This document shows, in pieces, positions 40,285-52,700 of a stretch of DNA of 64,000 nucleotides. The stretch spans positions 186,001-250,000 of the forward strand of contig JAQGDQ010000095.1 of assembly GCA_030141605.1 (NCBI GenBank), in the 5' to 3' direction. Each line of letters starts with the position of its first letter. The first letter of the stretch is position 1. This DNA is from Tubiluchus corallicola (taxonomy: Eukaryota; Animalia; Priapulida). Both the position numbers and the translations under genes were made by a program. Under the pieces are notes generated by a model that saw only the letters and a program-made list of their open reading frames with translations, did no database searches and had not been told where the DNA came from.

Positions 40285-43200
40285 CTTTAGCATGTGGTCT
40301 AGTTTAGCAACATTTCTTCCATGTTTATCATGTAGTTGTTGCCTTATTTTGTAGTTTATCTATACAGTGATGTATGCAATGACATATATGCCACTGCAAA
40401 TCACTATGTAATATTATTAATTTTGAGGAAAAAACCAACCCTCAAACGACATTCGCCATATTTTAATATACACTTAAAAATGTTGAAATACGTGTATAAA
40501 ATGCCTTCTTAAAAATGCAACTAGGCATATGCAGAGTGCTGATTGCCTGCTGTTATCTAGCAAATTTATGAATGAACTCTTCTCTGTTTTCTGTAAAACT
40601 TCTATCGTGGCTTGGTGAGTGGTATACTAAATTAGCTACCCGTATGCAGATTGCAGAAGTGTCTGCCCAAACTTAAAAACTTACGCTCTAAGCCAAAAAG
40701 CCTCTACCCAGGGCCGGAAAATCTTGCCAGAATGGCAGACATAGTCCGCGGGACACTTATTCTGGCAGAGGGACACAAATCTTTTCTTATAGTACTTTTT
40801 CTCAAAATTTTAATTTCGATTTTTTCCTCAATTTAATAGTAAAAACTACGAAACTATTCCTCATTCTAGTACTCATCAAAGTTACATTGTTATTATTACT
40901 CGAGCTAAAATTTTTTCTGTGCACCTGCATACGCTACAATTTGTCCCTACGTATTGCATCATAATCAAAAGCTAGGTAGCGGCAGAACGTACAGGTGCAT
41001 TGTATGTGCATAATAATCATGCAGTAACTGAACTATTATAGTAGCAAACTCTTTCTATAAATAGGCTTGTTGCTATAAATATATTTTAATTTTTGCAGCA
41101 GTCAATTAATCTCCCTAGCCTCACCAATTGGTATTGTTAAAATTCACTTCATAATAAGTGTTGTCTTGCTCATTCATTGAATTGTGGTTGGCTTCAAATT
41201 ATAAATGTGTTATAGTTACAGTAGCAACTGGTCTTGCCACCTAGTCGCCAAGCAGTACAAGTCATCTTAAAAACTTTACCACTTAATTACTTTTTTGGCA
41301 CTCAAAAGAACTTCCTTCGGTAATTAAGCAACCTCAGACAGTGCCTGGAAAGGTGAGATATTTTTACAGAATTATTCTTTGAAATTGTGCCCTAGCAAAA
41401 TGATAGAACCTGTGAGCCAAACAAAATAAAGGGCTCTTACCTCAGTGTAGTTCTAAGAAATTTTGTGGAACAGTATTTAGGATAAGGCAAAATCACCTTG
41501 CTAAATGTCACAGTTTTAAATTACTTAACTCTACGTGTGTATAAACTACTAATTAATACTATGAGTGAGTGTAACAACAACTGAAATAATGTTTAAAGAC
41601 AGCAACTGTATTAACAATGGGAATAAAATGTAAGTGATGAAAATTCTAATAAAATTGATATTTTAGAAATCCAACTTTTCTAATCTTCATGGGGCTCTGT
41701 GGCTCTTTGTTGCAATACAGTCCCTCCTCTATTCGATACATAGATACTTGTACATTACTGGGATACCAACTTTTTGTCATTGGTTTTTCTACCTCTGCCG
41801 TGCTGTATTGGTTATAATCTGTAACAGCTCGTGTTATGGCTTTAACATATTCTGCGTAGTAGTACTTATTTATCCAAGAATATTTCAAAACATTTCACAT
41901 TCAACTAAGAAATAAATGAATTGATGTGTAGCATGTCCAGAAGTACTATAAGTAAGCTTCATTTTAAAATGCTAGCTACTCTGGCCCTTTTTTGGCAGTG
42001 CAAATTGAGAATGCATATTTGGCTGTTTCCAGACACTTTCCAAGTTAACACTTGCAAATGTATAAATAAACAGTTTAAATGTATTGAAGAATACTAATGA
42101 GTACTTTCATATTCATGTTCAAGGTGCTGAGCCTTTGTTTCTTGTTAAATTTATTATTACTGTACATAAATGTGAGTAGATACATACAAGTTGCGAATAC
42201 TAAAGTATCATTACTGTAACTCATAGAACTGTACGTGTATTGGTATATAGCACCTAAAGTATTGTTACTGTTGTACCAAACTAATATGGTTGTAATTATC
42301 ATGATAATAGAAAGCAAACCACAAACATTCCACTTAAATATATTGCCGATTTGAAATTTTGTCATATGTGTGTTAATTCAACTGATATAATTGGTTTAAA
42401 ATTCTAATTGCATGTATATATTAAATGTGTATGTTGTAAAAATAAATGAAAATTGTAATGCTTGAAATGATGTTTCAAACTTTGAACAGACATAATTTAT
42501 GCAGCTTTGGTTTTTCTAAATTGTGGCTACATCTATACAGCCATAGTGTTCTCTTTCTCCTAAAAATTGTGAAAAACTACAGCTGTACTATTTACAACAA
42601 ATTCTAGCAATGTTGAAAAAACACAACATTTATTTTTTCATTTATCTCTATATGGGAAAGTAGACATTCATTAATTACTAGCTAAGGTAACTCTATCACC
42701 TACTGTAAATAAACCAATGTCACATTCTTCTGTAATTACTAATGTTTGTAACATGGACTGTGAACATAACTATTATAGCAATAATTGTACACATACATTT
42801 ATCAAAATTAGCTGACAGTAGGCGTCTATATTCTACAGCAGAAGATTTTTAAAATAATAACAAGTTTAGGCTCTACTAAATTTTAACTAGCTTGAAAACT
42901 TGGCCATATTCCTGTTCTATGAAAACATTTGGTATTTGTAGTGCAGCTCTATAAACATAAATAATCATTAGCCTTGATCTCCTCAATTATATTTTAATAC
43001 GTATAACTATAAATATCATTCCGATTATTTTTGTAAATGCAAAATAATATGAAATTTACTTTTACAGATTATTGCAACAGCAAACAAGTGTCAATGAAGA
43101 CGTGAATGCATAAACATATCTTTGTGTGAAAATTTTAATGATCTCAACTGGTTCTATACATATATAACTAAGATCTACTGTGTATCAATCCCATCAATCT

Positions 43201-43761
43201 TCAGATATTTTATCAATGAAAATAATAACTCAATACAGTCACATAGAGCAAGACGAACAGTGTTTAGAAACTACACTACAATCATCAGCAAATTACCTTG
43301 GCAATACATAGACCCATTTGCAAATTATTTAGTTATTTGTACAATGAAAATCCACCAAACCAATTCGGCACACTGTACTAGGTACTCGATGAAGTACAAA
43401 GTACACATCAAAAACAAGTGTGCTTAAACACAACATCTGATAAAGCGCATAACAAATACGATTTTAATAGGTAAAAGGCAGCATTATTTCTGAAAAATGA
43501 TCAAATATTAAGTCAAACTAGATTAATTATACACATAATTACCACACACATTATTGTGTAACTTATATGCCTATAACACAAACGTATTTCGGTTATGTAC
43601 AATAATGGCAGCATTCGTAAAAATCATTTTAATTAAAACAATTTAATCTATAAATGCTAGTAACCAATATTTAATTTTCGATATTCTAATTCACACTATT
43701 ACAGAACAACATATCAGCAACTACAGATACAGAAAGCCATTTTACTGTACTAGTTGCTCAC

Positions 43762-46700
43762 TCATATCATGTCAACTTTTGCTCTCCTTAATGGGTGCCG
43801 GTTTCCAGTTGGATGCCTGGGAGAAACTTTGTATTTGGTTTGTGGAGAATCCTTTCTTTGTGAAGATCTGATGCGAGGAGAAGAACGAAGTTGAGGTGAA
43901 TGAACACTAGGTGAAGAATGAAGGCGCTTAAGAGGCTTTCTACTACTGTGGCTCCGAGACATCTTCATAACAGCACTTATTGTTGGTGCATTTTCCCTCA
44001 CAATGTGTTTTCTGATAGTCAGCTTAGTAGAGTATTCACCTAAATTCTCATTGCATATATCACGAAGTGGAGAGCGCCCCTTGGTCAATGCTTTCTCAGA
44101 ATTTACAATTGGCATGATTTGGGAACTGTCAGAACTACTCGCCACAAACCTTGTCTTGTCAAAGTGAATATCTTGGCTGTCACCAACAATATGCATTTTC
44201 ATACCAACTTCAAGCACATCTGGATTATTACAAGCATGCTTTATTTGCTTGGCATCGTTCAGCCTAGAACTTTTTCTTCTGGTGACCTTGCCAGGCTGAG
44301 GTTTTGACAAATCTGTTGCAAATGCATTACTGATGGAGCTATATTTATGTTCTGAATGGTCTGCAAAAGCAGGGCTTGGTGACTTTATTTTTGGATTAGC
44401 AACAAATTTCGTCACATTCCCAGATTGTACAATAGAACATATTTGTTGCGCAGCTTCCGGATCTTTTACAAATATGCTTGGTATTCGAAGAGGGCGCTTC
44501 CTTCCATGTTTAAAATTTGGACGATGGATACCTGTACAAGAATTGTGATGTTTATGCCTACCCATTTCCTGTTCATACTTGTTTACATTTGCAGCAACAC
44601 TTCCAGCTTTATGCCTGGCAATTTCAGAAATGCTTTCCCTCATAATTGACTCGTTCGTCAGTGATCTCCTTCCTCTTAACTCAAACTGCTTTACTTTAAT
44701 GCCTACTTGAGGTGGAACCAAATTTGCAGGTTTTGTCAACTGTGCCGGATGAATATGACACACCTCACTTTCTTTATGCGAGGCCTTATCTAAACAAACT
44801 GACCGTCTAGTAATGACATGTGGCACACTAGCTTTTGCTAAGTGCTTGTTTGGGACAAATCCAGCTCGTGTGATCATTCGATTAGTAGTTGCTTCAATAG
44901 GTAATCTTGCTCCAGACTTAGTGAATACCTCTCGTAAGTATGCTTCCGAAGGACCAAACTGGCAATTGTCATATGACCTAGATTTTGGCATTGCATACTT
45001 TCTAGCCTTTAATCCACTACCAAGTTGAGTGTCAGTTACTGATCTATGTCTTAGAGATCGCCTTGCAACTTCGTATTTTCCGGCAGACACTTTTCGTGGT
45101 GATAGCATCTTTCCTTTGAATTTGGAATTATCAGTAATCACATCTTCAGGCATAGGCTGTTTACCTTCAGGATCTTGCAGACCATGTGCAACATCAGTTC
45201 TTTTTTCTTGTTCTTTGTCATCAAGATTTAAATTGCATTCAACCTTTAGTCTCACATCATCCTTTGTAGGCAAGGGAGAAAATTTAGAATTATCGTCCAA
45301 CTTTGTGGAATTTTCGTGTATGGTAGAGAAGTCCGATGTTGGTGTAGCTGCCTTAATCTGATTTACTCCGCAATAAACCAGGCTAGATATGCTCTCATTT
45401 CTATAGACAGTGGTTAGCTCTTTATTATTACACAACTGTTCTTTAACCATTACACATTTTACATTGACAACATCAGTGGTATTATTGTCCACCTGATTGT
45501 GAAGAGCAGCAGTCGGGGATTGAAGTCTCGCAACACTTAGCTTCTTTCTTAATGAATGTTCTACATCCACAACATTTTTATCAGAAAGATTAGCATCATG
45601 TCTGCTGGGGCTTATATCAGAATTTTCATTAAAATCAAGGGCTTTTGGGGTTTTGATCATACCCTTGGATTCATTTGAATCCTCATTTGATTGTGTAGAA
45701 TGAAAACGTTTTTGTCTGCTTCTCAAACCAGTTTTTACTGAATTGGGTTTACCGCGACGGAGTGAATATCTCCATCTCTCATCCAAGTCAACTTCCTCTC
45801 CTGCTGTAGTTAATTGCTGCAAATTTTCAGGAGTAGATACTGAATCAATTATAACTGCCTTGTCTTTTAACTGCTCTAATGTCTTGGAACTTTGCTGCAA
45901 ACTTTCAGGAACAACTAAAATTTCAGAAGAACTTCCACAAATTGCATTTGATTCAGGAACTGCTAAAGGGGCAGGAGGTTGCACATCGTGCACTTCATGA
46001 AGTGACGGTGATTTGATTTCTGGTCCTGCCGACAAGTCTGCAAACATTAAAAAACTTTTGGATGCTGAACTACCCATGGCTGAAGTAGAACATGAGAGTT
46101 TATTTCGGGTATATCTTCTTTTGTTGTGTTTTTTTAAGCTACCGCCTGCTGTTATGTTATCTTTAGGAACAATGAGTGCAGCAGGAGAACTTGGACATTT
46201 TGCATGCTTTGGCTCCTTTCCACGAGATTTACGTTTCCTCGCACTCAACACACTAAAAAAGCTATGTTCATGTGAAGTCTCCTCACTGACTTCAGCTGAG
46301 CCCCTTATGTCAGATGAAGGGTTTGCAACAGAGTTGAACATCTAAAAGTAAAGTTTAAAATCTTAGATTTAAATGTAAAGCACCAAAATGCCTGACCATA
46401 AACAAGCTGAAAATCAATTTTCTCAAACTGAAATTGTAAGAGTAGAATTACCTGAAGCCTATTAATCCAAGTTATGCAAATAACAGTAATCTTCTTGAAT
46501 ATAAAATAAATAAGCAAACCTGTTCTGAATCGGATTTTCCACCACTCTGCCTTCGGAATTTGGACATTAGTTTCGAATGACCTTTACCAGCTAGTTTGTC
46601 CTGATAGCCAGATTCGTTTCTAAAATTACAGAAAATTGAAAACTCAGTGTTACTCAATAACTGATATGCAAGTTTCTTTTCATCTTCATAGATGTGACAC

Positions 46701-49700
46701 AGGAGAATTATTGGTTCAAAAGTTACTTTTGCAATATCCAGTATCCATTTTCTACAAATCGGTTTGAAATGTTGCATTATGAATGTTTGATCCCTTTGGC
46801 GCCAAAACCACATTTCCTAATATTTTTGCTCTATTGTTATTAATCAAAACTTCATTAATTGTGGGTTTGTTCTCTCAACCATCGTTATTGCCTCTATTAT
46901 CATCAACACCACCACTATTTTCACTGCCAACAACATCGCTATTCGAACAGGCTCTATGCAGGATGCAAAATGTTATTTTATAGAAAGCAAATCTGACATA
47001 CAGATTTGAAAAAAATTGTTTTTTCATTTACTTGTGAAAGCTTTTCCCCACAATATCACAAGCAGGGCAATCTTTGTACAATAACTAACTTAATAACAAT
47101 AATGAGCTGGTGAGCTATAGGCTACTCTAATGTGCTCAGCTCAGGCCTCATAAATTGGCATACATTCAGAAGATAAACCGAACCGCTGATGCACCTAAAC
47201 TCATATCACATCTCATGTCCTAATTAACAGATTTTTTTCCAGTCTCAGAACATTCAAGCCAAGCAAAGCTGGCTGCTAGCTAAAAATACTCTAAAGAAAC
47301 AAACCACAGAAAACAAAAGTTAACTTTACCGTTTCATCTTCTTGTTACTGTGAAAAAAACGCCGTGGAAACTTAGGGGACTGTGCTGCAAGCCCCAAGCC
47401 TCCTGCTAAAAAAGAAAAATGAGTTTATATGACAGTAAACTATTTAAGATCAGCCAACCTCTTTTTAGTTATGATATAATAATGGCAATGAAAAAAATCT
47501 GCAGTATGTGCAAACACAACCTTCCTTAGTGATTCTTATTACATCTTTTCAGATTAAATATTTTGGCTGGTACCTGTATATGTGATTCATACAAAGTGGT
47601 TTGATAACATTTTTGAAGTTCTTTTGCCATTTTCTAATTGTACATCATGTCATGCAAGGCAAATGATCAAATGCCAAATCAAAAATCTTGTTAAGAAATT
47701 TACAAAATTGTTATAGAAAACATGCCAGTACCAGTCTTGACTTGCTTTATGCTGTGTAGTTAATAAATGTTAAACCTATGATATGATGCATTTTGCTAAT
47801 ATTATACAAGACAGAGTTCAAATTTGGTATCACTTGTTAATTAATAATAAAACAACAATACTATGATAAATTTGTGATTATGGGCATTTACAGTTAAAAT
47901 CTATTGTTAGTTAAGGCCAGTTAATTTCTGTTTCACTGCTCTGCAGTGGGATTGGGTAGCACAGAAGGATGCAAGTTCAGGCCTTTTTTCCATGTAGATG
48001 TCCAGCACAGAGTGTACAACATGAGAGTTAATGGACATAAGGTCTCAAGCTTAGCAGACAACTATTCAACAACATTTTTCTCTAATACATTAGCCGCTGT
48101 TAATCGTTATTTAACATAAACAGTTAAGTTTGTTAATTCTGGCTTACAACCAGGGCCAAGTTGTCCTATTGTCTTATATAAGGGCTGCAACCTAGAGTCC
48201 CTCAACCTTGGTAATATTTTTTCACTATGATTGTGTTGAAATATTTGTTAATTTGGTTTGCTATAAATAGTAAAGAATATTGGTATTTCTTAAAGAACAT
48301 TTTTATCGACAAGCAAAAGATAGCTTTTCTAGTTTATTTAAAGAATTTGCAATAAGTTTACTTCAAGCTATGTATAAAGCTAAACTATGTCTCTAAAATA
48401 CATAACGAGTAAAACATTTTCAAGACAGGTGCGGACGAGTCAGGAAGTGGCTGCATTTGTGGAGGCCCAATAATCTCATTAGCCCAGGGGCCCCAAAAAC
48501 AAAATCCAGCCCTGCTTACAACTACAATTAGTTGGTCAGTTATGAACAGCTATTTGATTAATTTGTCATATTTAATGTTACCTAACAGCTTGCAAAAATT
48601 AAACAAAAATGGTATTTAATTTCTTTTTGAATATCCTATGTATGAATCAGTTATATGCAAAGAATTGTCATCTTTCTTTCACAGATAACTCACAAAATTG
48701 TATTTACTGCATATATATTTAACTATACAGCCTTAACAAGCTTTGCAAATGCTTGCATGTACGAAATACAATTCTGACAGGAAGTACAAAAATGTTCAGC
48801 TGCTAATAAATAATAAACATACCATTTTTTAATGTGCTACTTGGTGTAGTCAGAACACTTTGGCCAGGCAAACTGCTGAGAACCGATTTCCTGAAAAAAG
48901 TCAGTATGTATTATTGCATATGAATAATCAACAATCCCGATATGACAAAATATCATCCAGTATACGCTGGTGCTAGGACTAAAAAGTCCTAGAAGAGCTC
49001 ACAATGGCTATAAAAGTAGCAAACATTATAAATGTGAACTACTTTTTTTCATGTATCAGCTGCAACATTTAAGGAAATTCTCTACTGCAATAAAGGAAAC
49101 TTTTAATAATAATTACTATTTCGTAAAAAACTGCTAGTTTAAATTAGCACTTATTTGTAATTAAACACGAAACCTGTACTAGCATTACTGGTAAATGTAA
49201 AATAAATTTAATTCTCAATCACCTATTCAAATAAAATGTCACAAAAATCAGTGAAGTATATCATATATAAATGTGATAATATAATTGTCTTAACTGTGCA
49301 GCAGGTTTACATAAAGTTAAACGGTAAAGGCAATATACATACATGCTTTAAAACCAATTAGGAAATACTAATCACACTAATACTAAATTACAATGACTGA
49401 CCGGCCTAGCATGTTAAAAGCACTTTTACAGTTTACAATGGCTACTCACTTCTTTACTGCAGACAACCCCAAATCTCCAGATGCTTTTCTTTTTGATGCT
49501 GAACCCATAATTTTGGGTGTATGACAATAATCTAACTGGCTGTCTAAACTACCAGAAAGAGCCGACTTTTTCAATGTGCTGTCTTCATGTACCTTACTGC
49601 CTCGACGACTCCATTGCTTGAATGTACTAACTATGCCTACGGAAAAGAAACTTGGTAAAATTTGCATGCCATAATATGTCTACAGCTTCTGAGAATAGAT

Positions 49701-52700
49701 GTTTCAGAAAATAATCAAGAATGAAGGCTACTTTTAATACTCCAACCTTGATAAAGATATCAACTCAGCAACATGATTTATTATGATTAATAGTTTGACT
49801 AGCCACATAAACAAAGTTTGCTTTTATAACAAATGTTCCAACAAATGTGTCTAACCTGTCACTGATGAAATAACTTACCATTGCATCCAACAGATGACAA
49901 AAGATCTGATGGTGACCGTATAACCAAAAATCTTGCTGCCATTTTATTTTAGTACTCGTGGATAGCGCTTTATTTTGAAAATTAGATCTATAATCAGCTG
50001 TTATTTAGGGGATTATCTTGTTTTTTTAAAGCTTTTGATTCACTAGAGCGTGAACTTAAAATTGGATATTGAAAATTTGCACCTGTGAAATGCTGCAGTC
50101 ATTGCAATATTGGCTTTATGTAGATTAAAAAGGAAAAGGCGATGCAAAAATCGTACTTGTTGGTCAAAAAATTGGTTGCAGCAGCATGCTTTACAGGGTG
50201 CATATTTAAATTCATTGACTGAACTCAGGGATATGAATCCTTGGTCTTATAAAAAATTTCTGAGAATGGATAACAAGATATTTGCTGAATTAGTGGATAT
50301 GGTCCGTAAGGAAATTAAAAAACAGGAAACGTAACATGAAAGCTTGCACATCACCTTCAGCACACCTAGCGATTACACCACGTTGTTTAGCTGCAGGAGC
50401 TAGTTTCACTGACTTGCAGTATATATTTTGCATTTACAGAACAACTATTGGCCAGATAGCTCCAGAAATATGTCGAACTATAACAGTAGTTTTGAAAGAC
50501 AGAGTTTTGAAATTTCCAGCCTGACATTCACCACTCCACACTCTGACTAAACTGATCAGTTTTCTACTGGTCTAGAATACCGTTTACATTTATGTATATC
50601 ATGTCCCAATACAACTCGTGGAGAAACCAAAAAACAATGCTGGAATACTAATACCTGATTGGATAAAACGTTTTCAGCTCGCAGCTTACATCTTTTATTT
50701 CAAATTAATGTAGTCTAATTTGTATGATCATTTTAACACGGCTGACGGTTTGCGTATCTTGGCGGCCGCGTATCATTAGCTTAATATTTCTTTTCATAAG
50801 AATTCATAAACGCGGAACTTCTTGCATACATAGACATATACACAAATCGACTATAATGCAAGCAGCAGTTTATGAGATGCCCTTACCTAGACTTAGTGAT
50901 AATAATTAAAATTTCTAAATAGCAATGTACATGAGAATCGACAAGAGCAATTTATTTAAAAGCCGGACAAAAATTTTCATTAAGGACTACCAGCTGCTAA
51001 CACAAATCCGTTAGTGCTAGCCTGAACCTTACATTTCCAAAATCTGTTGACTTGTTGCAGAGCTCCTGAAATGACATATTAAAATTTTTATTTGCAATAA
51101 TTAACATATCTTTTAAACTTGCCTCCCAGTGAACTGCTTCTTCTTTTTTTGGCTGATTTGCTGATCTTTTCTAATTCATCTTCACTTTTCCACTGTGACA
51201 GAAACTGAGCCCTTTCTATAATTATTTCTGGCACCTTAAAATTTATACTAGAATCAATACAATATCAGGAAAAAGTTAAAAATACTCAGAGTCAAAATCA
51301 GAGTACTTAAAAGTCAAAATCAGGAGAAATACTTAAAAAGTTTAAGAAAACATGTCATAAAAAGACTATATTTACATTTATGGTTATCAAAGTTAACTGA
51401 TTTATATAAGTTATTACTTAAGAGCTTTTACTGTACGTTACAAAGTTACAAACCATTCCAATTTTAGCCGCGTGTGTAATAAGCATGCAAACAATGTTCA
51501 CTTGCTGCATAAGTGTTACAGCTGATGGCATTTTATCATTGCCTCGCATTAGATTTGGAGCCATAACAACAGCAAGGTTATTAGCATCCATCTTGTTTTT
51601 ATGTGAACAGGCTGAAATCTGAAAAAAAAATCATTCAACTAGCTAAATTTGCAATTAGTTTTAATTTACACAAGAAATTATACAAGCAATAATGTAAACA
51701 TCACTAAACAAGTATAAACAACTATTTTGCATAAAACTGGCTTAATAAGAGCAAATTGGAATAAACTTTTAAGTATAAAGCATAAAATTTTTATTGGAAC
51801 AGTATTTTAGTCAAGGTCATCTTCCAAACGGTTGAAAACGTAATTGCAGCCAGCATAGCACCTAAAAACAGTAGAAAAGAAAAGCCAATTTAAAAAGCAT
51901 TGCCATGTTACGAAACATTGCTTTTTGACTTTTCAGAATTCTTTTAGAAAATGTAGGACAAAGATCACCACTTTTTGTGTTAACAGTGATTGAAATCAAT
52001 CTGATGTAATAGTCAATAAAAAAATGTTCAAGATTATTTAAATTTCGAAAGTAACGTACATTATGAGATCTCAGAACTGTCTAGGGAGCTAAGGATTTAT
52101 CCAAATGCCTTCTTCAACATTAAAAAAATAAGTTTAAAAGATTATCCTACAACATTAAACAGAACATGCAAAAATGTTATGAGGCAGATCAACAAAACGG
52201 TGCTACCGTTATCAGCTACAGTAAATGTCCTGCTGTTGTAGATTGCTAAAACTATAAAACTGAACCATACAAAGTTTCATATTGGCTTCCCTACTGCACT
52301 AATTGGTACTTCACTTCATTAGTCGTAAGACAGAATAATAAATAATCTTACCCTTGCTAGAAAATTCATGAAATATTTTAGAACATGCAGGTGAGCTTTA
52401 GGCAGCAATGCACACAACAGCAACATGACAGATGTTCTTTGTTCCACATCGCGAATATCCAAGCACTTAATAAAGGCTTCGCCAAAGGGAGGCATTAACA
52501 AGGGCTCCGGAAGCTCACGGAAAAATATTTTCAAGACTGATGTAACATCATTTATATGTGAATCTGCTGGCAGTTGTTCTCCGGCATCCAATTTCCCCTA
52601 AAAGAAAATGTTATGTGTATAACTATGTATACACACACAAAAATACTACTGACATAGCTAATCAGCTGTGTTATATATATATATATATATTAGTTTAAAG

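Noticed and set aside
44119-46345. Several plus-strand ORFs of 62-110 aa (also 455-784, 18771-19550, 20847-21059, 59954-60310)
   Set aside because: Antisense shadows of real coding exons of ARHGAP11A, PTK7, METAP2 and COG6; no independent motifs.
46875-46877. In-frame TGA inside a coding-like stretch as possible selenocysteine or readthrough
   Set aside because: A TAG follows 40 codons later, no SECIS was recognised, and the gene splices in frame without this segment.
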